From IMG/VR virus record IMGVR_UViG_3300032282_001987: 20,000 nt of DNA. One strand, given 5' to 3'. The position numbers were made by a program, and so were the translations under genes. Below the pieces are notes generated by a model. The model had not been told where the DNA came from and searched no databases. It worked only from the letters and a program-made list of their open reading frames with translations. Of this stretch, positions 1-7,382 are shown piece after piece. The DNA comes from an uncultured virus (IMG/VR IMGVR_UViG_3300032282_001987). Its lineage: Duplodnaviria > Heunggongvirae > Uroviricota > Caudoviricetes. Every line of letters begins with the position of its first letter. The first letter of the stretch is position 1.

Positions 1-595
1 ACCCAATACCAATAGTCAATATGGGTCCTCTGACACGATCATCACCGAAGATAGTCCCTTCAAACCCTTATCATTATATTCTCAGACCAAATGCGATGCC
101 GAAGATACGGTATTGCAAAAAGGTAATGGGATAGCGTTGAGATTGGCCACAGTATTTGGTGTCAGTCCTAGGATGAGACAAGACTTGCTAGTCAATGATT
201 TTGTTTACAAGAGTTTGGTAGATGGGTATCTAGTATTATTTGAAGCCCACTTTAAACGTAACTATATACATGTGCAGGATATAGCACGTACTTTCGCATT
301 CATGATGGATAATTATGATATATGTAAAGGACAAGCATTCAATGTTGGATTATCTACTGCTAATCTCAGCAAGATGGAACTAGCGTTAAAGATAAAAGAG
401 CATATACCGAAATTAGTTATCAAGCAGGATGAGTTTCAGGAAGATTTCGACAAACGTAACTACATCGTCTCTAATGAGAAGATAGAGAGATTGGGTTGGA
501 AACCTGAGTTCGATCTTGATTATGGTATCAAGCAATTGATAGCAGCATATCAGATGACAGTAGTACATAATAATAGGAACTTCACAAATCTATGA
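1..595 (+). CDS. NAD-dependent epimerase/dehydratase (extended SDR), 5'-truncated by the window edge
   Basis: Frame is open from position 2 (PNTNSQYGSSDTIITEDSPFKPLSLYSQTKCDAE...). It has the YxxxK catalytic motif (YSQTK), LRLATVFGVSPRMR, RNYIHVQD and FNVG, typical of nucleotide-sugar epimerases. Confidence 0.9.
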   Translation, partial: PNTNSQYGSSDTIITEDSPFKPLSLYSQTKCDAEDTVLQKGNGIALRLATVFGVSPRMRQDLLVNDFVYKSLVDGYLVLFEAHFKRNYIHVQDIARTFAFMMDNYDICKGQAFNVGLSTANLSKMELALKIKEHIPKLVIKQDEFQEDFDKRNYIVSNEKIERLGWKPEFDLDYGIKQLIAAYQMTVVHNNRNFTNL

Positions 596-1035
596 GCCAG
601 CGCAGATACTTACAGACATTATCGGAATTGATCGACAGACTCAGTATCGTTCAATTAAAAGAGGTATTCATTCCTGAGCACAAAGAAGAATATGCTAAAG
701 AGATATCAGATATCGTGCATGATATACAGTTGATACTAGATGAACAGAACGGTAACGTGACAGCAGAGACTATCCGAGCCATCGTTGTAGTATCACAGAT
801 GAATCTACATATATGGCATAACGAATCTAATTATCGCCGTGGGATCAAAGACGGTAATAATCTAGAACTAACGCATGGATTGAACGGTATCAGAAATACT
901 GCCAAGAATATAATCCAAGAGGCCATAGGTGGTAGAAAAGATTACAAGGTAGATTGTCTAGCTGCTGACTTCAAAGACTGGGAGATAAGCTGGGATAGAG
1001 ATGTCACGGAAGATAACAAACCTTCAGTGCCTTGA
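592..1035 (+). CDS. hypothetical helical protein (DUF4254/DUF6165-like N-terminal motif) in sugar-modification cluster
   Basis: 147-aa ORF with ATGA overlap on the upstream stop. TLSELIDRLSIVQLK resembles the xLIDRLSIxxLK motif of these DUFs; family is tentative. Confidence 0.6.
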   Translation: MSQRRYLQTLSELIDRLSIVQLKEVFIPEHKEEYAKEISDIVHDIQLILDEQNGNVTAETIRAIVVVSQMNLHIWHNESNYRRGIKDGNNLELTHGLNGIRNTAKNIIQEAIGGRKDYKVDCLAADFKDWEISWDRDVTEDNKPSVP

Positions 1036-1640
1036 GAATAACTATGCCATACGATGATTCTATTCCAGGTTGGATGACTTCTGATGATCTAGATGTTATC
1101 ACTCAGCTAGCTAACATGGTTCCTGCCAATGGCACTGTAGTAGAGATAGGTAGTTTGTTTGGTAGGAGCACAGTTGCATGGGCTATGACATGCGATCCTT
1201 CAGTTAAAATATATTGTGGCGATATCTTTTATGAACAATACATAGAGAATCACAATCTAGATACCCCCACAGCACCTATCAGTGGTCACATGTATAATGC
1301 CTGGCAAGAATTTCAAAACAATACACGTAAATTTAATAATGTGATCCCGATGAGGGGCCGGGCCCCCAGAGAATCTAATTATAATGGTGGACCTATCGAT
1401 ATATTATTCGTGGATGCCTTACACAAAAATCCAGATGATTGGGAAATAATAAAATATTTCGCTCCGTATGTCAAAGTAGGAGGATTGATCGCAGGGCACG
1501 ATTATAGAGATGATTTTATCGATGTGAAAGAAAATGCTGATAAATTATCTGCGATATACAATACACCGATCAAATTCTTTACCTCACAGTTCCCTAACAC
1601 TATATGGAGCGTACAAGTTACCTCTATTGTAAATTTTTAG
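1032..1640 (+). CDS. class I SAM-dependent methyltransferase (Methyltransf_24-like)
   Basis: IPGWM, VVEIGSLFGRST (motif I), IDILFVDALH and VKVGGLIAGHDY. Start may be the ATG at 1044. Confidence 0.85.
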   Translation: MRITMPYDDSIPGWMTSDDLDVITQLANMVPANGTVVEIGSLFGRSTVAWAMTCDPSVKIYCGDIFYEQYIENHNLDTPTAPISGHMYNAWQEFQNNTRKFNNVIPMRGRAPRESNYNGGPIDILFVDALHKNPDDWEIIKYFAPYVKVGGLIAGHDYRDDFIDVKENADKLSAIYNTPIKFFTSQFPNTIWSVQVTSIVNF

Positions 1641-1650
1641 AAAGAAACAG

Positions 1651-2193
1651 ATGAGTAAACCACAAATGTCTCCATACAAAGATGCACTGACTGACGCTAT
1701 GACATATCTCGGGCAACAAGATAATACTGTGTTCATAGGGCAACAAGTCGCTTATCCCGGAAATCCCATGAGTTCGACATTAGTCAATGTAGCTAAAGAT
1801 AAGTTGATCGAAGTCCCTGTCATGGAAGAGACACAGATGGGTATGAGTTTGGGTATGGCTATGACAGGTAAAACAGTCGTGACATTCTATCCTAGATGGA
1901 ACTTCTTGATCTGTGCAACTAATCAACTCATAAATCACGTGGATACATATGAACTGATGACCGGCAAACAGGCTAATATATTGATCCGTGTGGGCAAAGG
2001 AGCTGACACTCCCCTAGATCCAGGACCCCAGCACAAAGCCAATTTCTTTTCAGAGTTCAAGTCTATGTGTCCCCATATCACTTTTCATGACCTTAAAGAA
2101 TATGATAGAATCATAGATACGTATAAAAAGGCTTTCGACATGGGCGGTGTCCATGTGTTAGCTGAATATCCAGAATTGTACTTCACATCATAG
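1651..2193 (+). CDS. ThDP-dependent enzyme beta-subunit pyrimidine-binding domain (transketolase/PDH E1-beta-like), stand-alone
   Basis: YKDALTDAM, VFIGQ, LIEVPVMEETQMGMSLGMAMTG, FLICATNQLINH and GPQH motifs. It lacks the C-terminal transketolase domain. Confidence 0.8.
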   Translation: MSKPQMSPYKDALTDAMTYLGQQDNTVFIGQQVAYPGNPMSSTLVNVAKDKLIEVPVMEETQMGMSLGMAMTGKTVVTFYPRWNFLICATNQLINHVDTYELMTGKQANILIRVGKGADTPLDPGPQHKANFFSEFKSMCPHITFHDLKEYDRIIDTYKKAFDMGGVHVLAEYPELYFTS

Positions 2194-2198
2194 GCTAT

Positions 2199-2318
2199 AT
2201 GATCAACGAGTTATTACAGAAACTTTATGAGCGAACCATATTTAAATTAGTTCGGGAATATAGATATCGTAAGCGCCTAAAAGAATTACGGAAACGAGAT
2301 CCGTTCATATATAAGTGA
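2199..2318 (+). CDS. 39-aa basic small protein (MINELLQKLYERTIFKLVREYRYRKRLKELRKRDPFIYK) preceding the carbamoyltransferase
   Basis: Hand translation: ATG 2199 to TGA 2316-2318. It fills the intergenic gap, with 2 nt between its stop and the next ATG (2321). Confidence 0.7.
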   Translation: MINELLQKLYERTIFKLVREYRYRKRLKELRKRDPFIYK

Positions 2319-2320
2319 CT

Positions 2321-3805
2321 ATGCATTATATCGGACTCAGTTGCGGGTTTCACGATGCTAGCATGTCAGTCATAGATGACAGTGGTAACATACTATTTGC
2401 TGGTCATAGTGAACGCTACACCAAAAGAAAACATGACAAAGATTTGTCTCTGGCATTGATCCAAGACGGATTGTCTCATGTCAAGGGCGACTATCAGATA
2501 CATTACTATGAGAAGCCATTATTGAAATATCTGCGCCAGCTACGTGCAGGGCAGAGACCTAGTATAATGTCTATGTTCATGTCTGACATGATAGAACCTA
2601 ATATACGTCAGGCTCTTGGGTATCGAAGTATCAAAACGCATGGACATCATCTTAGTCATGCAGCGGCGGGATTCCAGACTAGCCCTTTTGATGAAGCCAC
2701 TGTAGTCATAATAGACGCTATGGGAGAATTCGATACCATAAGCATCTATGATGCACATTATGATGACAAGGGTATAGCTAGATATAATAGACTATGGAGC
2801 AAGAAATATCCTGATAGCATAGGATTATTCTACAGTGCCATGACGAAGCGTCTAGGACTACAACCATTAGATGAAGAATACATAATGATGGGCATGGCTG
2901 GTTACGGGGAACCTAAACACTACGCCAAGATGCATTGTGATTTCATAAAAGACGGCATGGAGATAGACTTCGCACAGAATCTGCATACAGGCATAGATGA
3001 TGATTATCTAGCAGGTGCAGATGACATGGATATCGCTAGCAGCGGTCAAGAATTATTAGAGCAGTTGGTCATGAACGTCATGCAACGTGCTAGGATGATA
3101 GGCAAGAGCCGCAATCTAGTATACGGTGGTGGTGTCGCATTGAACTGCCTAGCAAACAGACATTTGGGAGAGTACTTTGAGAAAATTTGGATCATGCCTA
3201 ATCCAGGGGATGCTGGCAGCAGTTTGGGTGCCTGTGCTCTTGGTCACGGTCGTAGTCTTCGGTGGGATTCGCCTTATCTTGGATATGACATCAAAGGTAA
3301 ATATCCCGTCAATCGTCTATTGGGTCATCTTCGCCGTGGCGATGTTGTGGGTGTCGCTAATGGTCGTAGTGAATTTGGACCTAGGGCCCTAGGTAATCGT
3401 AGCTTATTAGCAGATCCTAGGGGATCAGATATAAAGGATAGAGTCAATGAGATCAAACGCAGACAGAAATTCAGACCATTCGCTCCGGCGATATTATCTG
3501 AGATGGCTGATCATTATTTTGATATGCCCCGTGGTTGGGTTGACAGCCCTTATATGCAGTCAGTCGCTAAGTGTAAGTATCCTAACGATTATCCTGCTAT
3601 ATGCCATGTTGATGGGACCAGCAGAGTACAGACTGTATCGAAAGATTGTAGATCGGGACTGAGACAGTTATTAGAGAAGTGGTATATTTTAACAGGATGT
3701 CCTATGTTATTAAATACTAGTCTAAACATTCGCGGCGAACCTATGGTCAATGACCATTTTGATGCCAAGAGGTTTCAAAATCTATATAATATAAAGGTGC
3801 TGTAA
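2321..3805 (+). CDS. carbamoyltransferase, NodU/CmcH/TobZ family
   Basis: FHDAS, SERYTKRKHD, HHLSHAA, IDAMGE, GGVALNC, GDAGSSLG, EFGPRALGNRSLLADP, IKRRQKFRPFAP, HVDGTSRVQTV and LLNTSLNIRGEP. ATG at 2321 preferred over GTG at 2315. Confidence 0.95.
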   Translation: MHYIGLSCGFHDASMSVIDDSGNILFAGHSERYTKRKHDKDLSLALIQDGLSHVKGDYQIHYYEKPLLKYLRQLRAGQRPSIMSMFMSDMIEPNIRQALGYRSIKTHGHHLSHAAAGFQTSPFDEATVVIIDAMGEFDTISIYDAHYDDKGIARYNRLWSKKYPDSIGLFYSAMTKRLGLQPLDEEYIMMGMAGYGEPKHYAKMHCDFIKDGMEIDFAQNLHTGIDDDYLAGADDMDIASSGQELLEQLVMNVMQRARMIGKSRNLVYGGGVALNCLANRHLGEYFEKIWIMPNPGDAGSSLGACALGHGRSLRWDSPYLGYDIKGKYPVNRLLGHLRRGDVVGVANGRSEFGPRALGNRSLLADPRGSDIKDRVNEIKRRQKFRPFAPAILSEMADHYFDMPRGWVDSPYMQSVAKCKYPNDYPAICHVDGTSRVQTVSKDCRSGLRQLLEKWYILTGCPMLLNTSLNIRGEPMVNDHFDAKRFQNLYNIKVL

Positions 3806-6168
3806 TGGATATTTCTACGGAAGAATTGGAAAAAAGAGTGGAATCTTGGAAACAAGGTTATTGGGAGATTCCTGACAACTTAGACACTACTGGTTTCGAT
3901 TTTGATTGGAAACCTGCTCCTCAGGATAAACCCTACATACATCAATTCGGTACACAGTGGCAGAAGACAGGTGGACCTAGATTCGTGATACCAAATCATG
4001 AAGGTATCAAATATCAAAGTTTCCAACACGCGATCAGGAAACCAAATACTGACGATAGAAGCTGGAGACCTCTAGTAGCCGACGCCACTATAGATTTTAG
4101 CTGGCATCCTGATGATACTGATCCGCCACTCATATACGTATTTGGTAATCAATGGTACGATGCAGAGATCATGCCTACATATCAGTATCGTGTCACTGGC
4201 GCTACTGAGAAGAAATATGTGAACGTATTGAAGGCACAATTACAACCTAACAAAACTAATTGGGAGATACCTGAAGATATCGAGGATGACTTCGACTATA
4301 GCTGGGTACCTAACCCACATGAACCGTTGTTTATCTGGCAGTTCGGTACACAGTGGCAGAAGACAGGTGGACCTAGATATATTCCTTCCGCGACATCAAC
4401 TATCGTAAAATACATCGATGTTCAAAAAGCAATAAAAAAGAGTGATCCAGAAAAACGCAATTGGAGACCGCTAAAAGCAGGAATCGAATTCGACTGGTCA
4501 TGGCACCCAGACCCTGATGAACCTCCCTTCATATATGTGTTCGGTAATCAGTGGCATAGTGCTGAGAAGATGCCAACGCTACTGTATAGGGTAGAAGGAG
4601 CAACAGAAAAGAAATACATCAATGATGTGTTTGCTATCTTACCACAACAAAAAGAAAATTTTAAAGCATTGATCGATTTAGATTTTGGCTTTGACTATAG
4701 CTGGTGTCCTGATCCCGGCGATCCTCCTTATACATACGTCTTTGGAAATCAGTGGTATACGGGTGAAGTCATGCCTACATTGATGTATGTGACAGAAAAA
4801 TCTATCGCTACAAAATACATAGATGATGCATGGGCAGTATTATTTCCTAACAAAACTAAATGGGAGATACCTGACGATATCAAGGACGATTTTGATTATA
4901 GCTGGGTACCTAACCCACATGAGCCTCCCTACATATATCAGTTCGGTACACAGTGGCAGAAGACAGGTGGACCTAAATATAAAACTGAGGGAGCGATAGA
5001 TATAAAATTTGTAGATATCATCAAGGCAGCTAAACAGCCTAACATGCGTAACTGGAGGATCATCGAACCTATCATCGCCGATACTTTCGATTTTAGTTGG
5101 CATCCAGACGAGACAGACGGAAATTATTCTTATGTGTTTGGTAATAAATTCCATACTCCGGAGATAATGCCTACGGTCATGTATAAAGGCAAGAGTGCTA
5201 CAGATAACAAATATTCTGACGAGATGACCGCAGATATCAAGATAGAGACTATCGAATATACTGATAGCATCTTTGATAGATTTATGGAAGTAGATTTCGA
5301 CTCTGCTTATGCTAGATTCACTAACAACAATGCTCCAATGGATTTCAGCGTCCTCAAGCAGGATAAACTGAACGTGCATGTTTTCAACAACGAAGCTATC
5401 ATACCTAGGGAAGCAAAAACTCACCTCTATGACAATATAATGGATTATCCATACATAGATCATCGGAATCAAGTCAATAATGCACGCCCATTAGATATAA
5501 TCTTTTTGAGCAACGGCGAAGAGATAGCAGACGAGAATTACGAGCATCTATTGTCTATCACTAAGGACATACCTAATCGAGTGATACGTGTTGACGGGGT
5601 GAAAGGTCGTGTAGATAGCCAGCATGCTGCTGCTAATGCTAGCGAGACAGCATGGTATTTCTTGGTCAACGGTAAACTGAGAGTCAACGAGAAGTTTGAC
5701 TTCAGTTGGCAACCAAACATATATCAGTCTAGCCGTCACTATGTATTCAGAGCCACCAATCCAGTCAATGGATTAGAGTATGGACATCAAGCTATCGTAG
5801 CTAACAACAAGAGATTGACGTTGAACACTGTGGTCAGGGGACTCGACTTCACTATGGATAGTAAGACAGAAGTACTAGACATAAACAGTGGTGTGGGTAT
5901 GTACAATACCAGTGTCTGGGATACATGGAGGACTGCATTCCGCGAAGTATTAAAGTTGAAATACTATACAGAGCATAACGAAGATGCCGATTCAGCCGCT
6001 AGGCTACATATTTGGCTGACTGTTGGTACTGGCGAATATAGCGAACATAGCATCAAGGGTGCTAATGATGCGGTTGCCTATTATGATTCTGTGGAAGGTA
6101 AATTAGAATCATTGATGCTCTCTTATGACTGGGAATGGTTGAAGAAGCATTTCGATTCGCTAAACTAA
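3805..6168 (+). CDS. tandem-repeat protein with C-terminal GT-A-like glycosyltransferase domain
   Basis: Seven ~65-70-aa Trp/Pro/Asp-rich repeats (FD[F/Y]SWxPxPxxxP[Y/F]IYxFG[T/N]QW). The C-terminal domain (DIIFLSNGE...DGVKG...AAANASET...FDFSWQP...NPVNGLEYGH...WRTAFREVLKL) resembles phage GT-like proteins. Confidence 0.65.
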   Translation: MDISTEELEKRVESWKQGYWEIPDNLDTTGFDFDWKPAPQDKPYIHQFGTQWQKTGGPRFVIPNHEGIKYQSFQHAIRKPNTDDRSWRPLVADATIDFSWHPDDTDPPLIYVFGNQWYDAEIMPTYQYRVTGATEKKYVNVLKAQLQPNKTNWEIPEDIEDDFDYSWVPNPHEPLFIWQFGTQWQKTGGPRYIPSATSTIVKYIDVQKAIKKSDPEKRNWRPLKAGIEFDWSWHPDPDEPPFIYVFGNQWHSAEKMPTLLYRVEGATEKKYINDVFAILPQQKENFKALIDLDFGFDYSWCPDPGDPPYTYVFGNQWYTGEVMPTLMYVTEKSIATKYIDDAWAVLFPNKTKWEIPDDIKDDFDYSWVPNPHEPPYIYQFGTQWQKTGGPKYKTEGAIDIKFVDIIKAAKQPNMRNWRIIEPIIADTFDFSWHPDETDGNYSYVFGNKFHTPEIMPTVMYKGKSATDNKYSDEMTADIKIETIEYTDSIFDRFMEVDFDSAYARFTNNNAPMDFSVLKQDKLNVHVFNNEAIIPREAKTHLYDNIMDYPYIDHRNQVNNARPLDIIFLSNGEEIADENYEHLLSITKDIPNRVIRVDGVKGRVDSQHAAANASETAWYFLVNGKLRVNEKFDFSWQPNIYQSSRHYVFRATNPVNGLEYGHQAIVANNKRLTLNTVVRGLDFTMDSKTEVLDINSGVGMYNTSVWDTWRTAFREVLKLKYYTEHNEDADSAARLHIWLTVGTGEYSEHSIKGANDAVAYYDSVEGKLESLMLSYDWEWLKKHFDSLN
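3946..4975 (+). repeat. three identical 34-nt copies TTCGGTACACAGTGGCAGAAGACAGGTGGACCTA within the repeat protein
   Basis: Copies start at 3946, 4342 and 4942. Copies 2 and 3 lie in longer near-identical blocks exactly 600 nt apart (about 4246-4380 and 4846-4980). Confidence 0.9.
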
Positions 6169-6171
6169 ATA
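6166..6171 (+). promoter_or_regulatory. candidate late promoter (TAAATA, T4 TATAAATA-like)
   Basis: TAAATA at the start of an intergenic gap. The same hexamer recurs in gaps at 6921, 7484, 10497 and 18716. Confidence 0.45.
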
Positions 6172-6191
6172 CAGGTATAACGGAGTTTATC

Positions 6192-6308
6192 ATGGTCTGG
6201 ATCATATGTGTAGCTGTCGGTGTGTTCATATTTGCGATGATCGTCTCTAAAGATTTCGCTAATAGGAACGCAGAATGGGAAAGACAGCAGAACGACCAAA
6301 CAGATTGA
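6192..6308 (+). CDS. 38-aa small membrane protein (MVWIICVAVGVFIFAMIVSKDFANRNAEWERQQNDQTD)
   Basis: GGAG SD at 6182-6185 and an N-terminal hydrophobic helix; hand translation. Confidence 0.6.
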   Translation: MVWIICVAVGVFIFAMIVSKDFANRNAEWERQQNDQTD

Positions 6309-6333
6309 CTCTTATATCAGGGGAGCGCACTAT

Positions 6334-6444
6334 ATGATCATGGATCTACTATTATACATCTTCGAGCGTTCCTGCATGATACTGGGAATGATATTTATGT
6401 TATACCTATTCATGGTTTGGATAGCTAACTTATTGGACAGATGA
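6334..6444 (+). CDS. 36-aa hydrophobic small protein (MIMDLLLYIFERSCMILGMIFMLYLFMVWIANLLDR)
   Basis: GGGGAG SD upstream; the stop overlaps the next ATG (ATGA at 6441-6444). Confidence 0.55.
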   Translation: MIMDLLLYIFERSCMILGMIFMLYLFMVWIANLLDR

Positions 6445-6653
6445 TGAGAGACGATTATTACTACACGCCAGAAGAATGGAGCAGGTCGATAGGATACGGA
6501 ACTGTTCCTGACGAGCGCAATAAACTGATGTTGTTCAAAGTCAGGGCCCAAGCAGCACAGGATGCATTATTGGGAAAACGTGATGATGTTTACCCTTGCA
6601 GAGATGATGTACCACCGGAACTATGGGGCATGCCTATAGTAAGCAATAAATGA
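6441..6653 (+). CDS. hypothetical protein
   Basis: 70-aa ORF coupled by ATGA overlaps at both ends. Confidence 0.6.
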   Translation: MMRDDYYYTPEEWSRSIGYGTVPDERNKLMLFKVRAQAAQDALLGKRDDVYPCRDDVPPELWGMPIVSNK

Positions 6654-6910
6654 GGAAAATCCTGACAGTATCGTTGTTGTTGATCGCATCGTACTTTATA
6701 GTGAAGTATGGTATCGATCTATACAACATTTATTTCGCTCCCAAAGCATTAGTCATGGCACCACCGCCCCCACCAATGATCGGTATGGAAGCAGGTCCAG
6801 TGAAAGTCAATATCAGCGAAGATACTCCTTGGGAAAGCATCGCAAAGTTAGTATCTACGGTACTGATAACATATCTGGGTATCAAACTCATCAATAAATA
6901 TGTCCGTTGA
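6650..6910 (+). CDS. hypothetical membrane protein (two hydrophobic segments, poly-Pro linker)
   Basis: 86 aa with an N-terminal TM/signal segment, APPPPPM and a C-terminal hydrophobic helix. Confidence 0.65.
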   Translation: MRKILTVSLLLIASYFIVKYGIDLYNIYFAPKALVMAPPPPPMIGMEAGPVKVNISEDTPWESIAKLVSTVLITYLGIKLINKYVR

Positions 6911-6920
6911 TAGTTGATAA

Positions 6921-6926
6921 TAAATA
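6921..6926 (+). promoter_or_regulatory. candidate late promoter (TAAATA) for the RNA locus
   Basis: AATAAATA a few nt upstream of the tRNA-like element. Confidence 0.45.
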
Positions 6927-6931
6927 ATTAC

Positions 6932-7001
6932 GTGTCCAGTCAGCACTGTGGGAAGCGCAGATCGATAAGACTAGAACTTGGTTCGAATCCAAACTGGAAC
7001 A
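6932..7001 (+). ncRNA. degenerate tRNA-like element (acceptor-like stem plus T-arm, no canonical anticodon arm)
   Basis: TCCAGT (6935-6940) pairs with ACTGGA (6993-6998). T-arm is TTGG-TTCGAAT-CCAA (6978-6992). Internal hairpin CTGTG-GGAAG-CGCAG (6946-6960). No encoded CCA. Confidence 0.5.
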
Positions 7002-7083
7002 AAAGAATTGTTGTAATCCCTTCAAAGCGAAGGACTTCTGGACGCGGGTTCGACTCCCGCCAGGTCCACCATAAGGAAGGTTA

Positions 7084-7263
7084 ATGGAATTACAAAAGAG
7101 AACGTTAGTAAAAACAGTAACATATAGAACAGCCGCAATCTTAGCGACTATTCCGTTTACTGGACTAACAACGGCTTTGAGTATTCATGTTATTCTTATG
7201 CTCATTTATTATGTCCATGAAAGACTTTGGACTAAAGTTAAATGGGGCGTAGGATCTTTATGA
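7084..7263 (+). CDS. 59-aa DUF2061-like small membrane protein nested in the tmRNA intervening segment
   Basis: MELQKRTLVKTVTYRTAAILATIPFTGLTTALSIHVILMLIYYVHERLWTKVKWGVGSL*. SD AAGGAAGG at 7073-7080. The RTLVKTVTYR...YYVHERLWxKVKWG motifs match DUF2061 as I recall it. It falls just under the 60-aa cut-off of the ORF track. Confidence 0.8.
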   Translation: MELQKRTLVKTVTYRTAAILATIPFTGLTTALSIHVILMLIYYVHERLWTKVKWGVGSL

Positions 7264-7349
7264 TGGGCCTGCCATGGTTTCGACAGGGGTAGATAGTAGA
7301 GACGGCAACACGATAGGCGAAGATCGTTAATCTAGCAAAATCTATAACT

Positions 7350-7382
7350 GCAAATGATGAGTTATACACACTAGCCGCTTAG
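7350..7382 (+). other. tmRNA proteolysis-tag reading frame ANDELYTLAA*
   Basis: ATAACT-GCA AAT GAT GAG TTA TAC ACA CTA GCC GCT TAG. Canonical resume context and C-terminal LAA; the stop lies in the loop of a GCCG/CGGC hairpin. Confidence 0.9.

Noticed and set aside
3946..4975. CRISPR array or DGR template/variable repeat pair
   Set aside because: The repeats are in-frame coding units spaced 396 and 600 nt apart. Differences between the longer copies are mostly synonymous and not adenine-restricted, and there is no cas or reverse transcriptase gene in the window.
7036..7071. Stand-alone tRNA 3' fragment or prophage attachment site
   Set aside because: Its partner 5' strand, P2 helices and tag frame are present downstream, so it is the acceptor piece of a permuted tmRNA. 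No integrase or duplicated 3' end was seen in the window.
7072..7264. Group I intron or homing-endonuclease insertion in the tmRNA
   Set aside because: The insert lies between the CCA end and the 5' end rather than in the T-loop, is only 193 nt and fully occupied by SD plus ORF, and shows no intron core or nuclease motifs.
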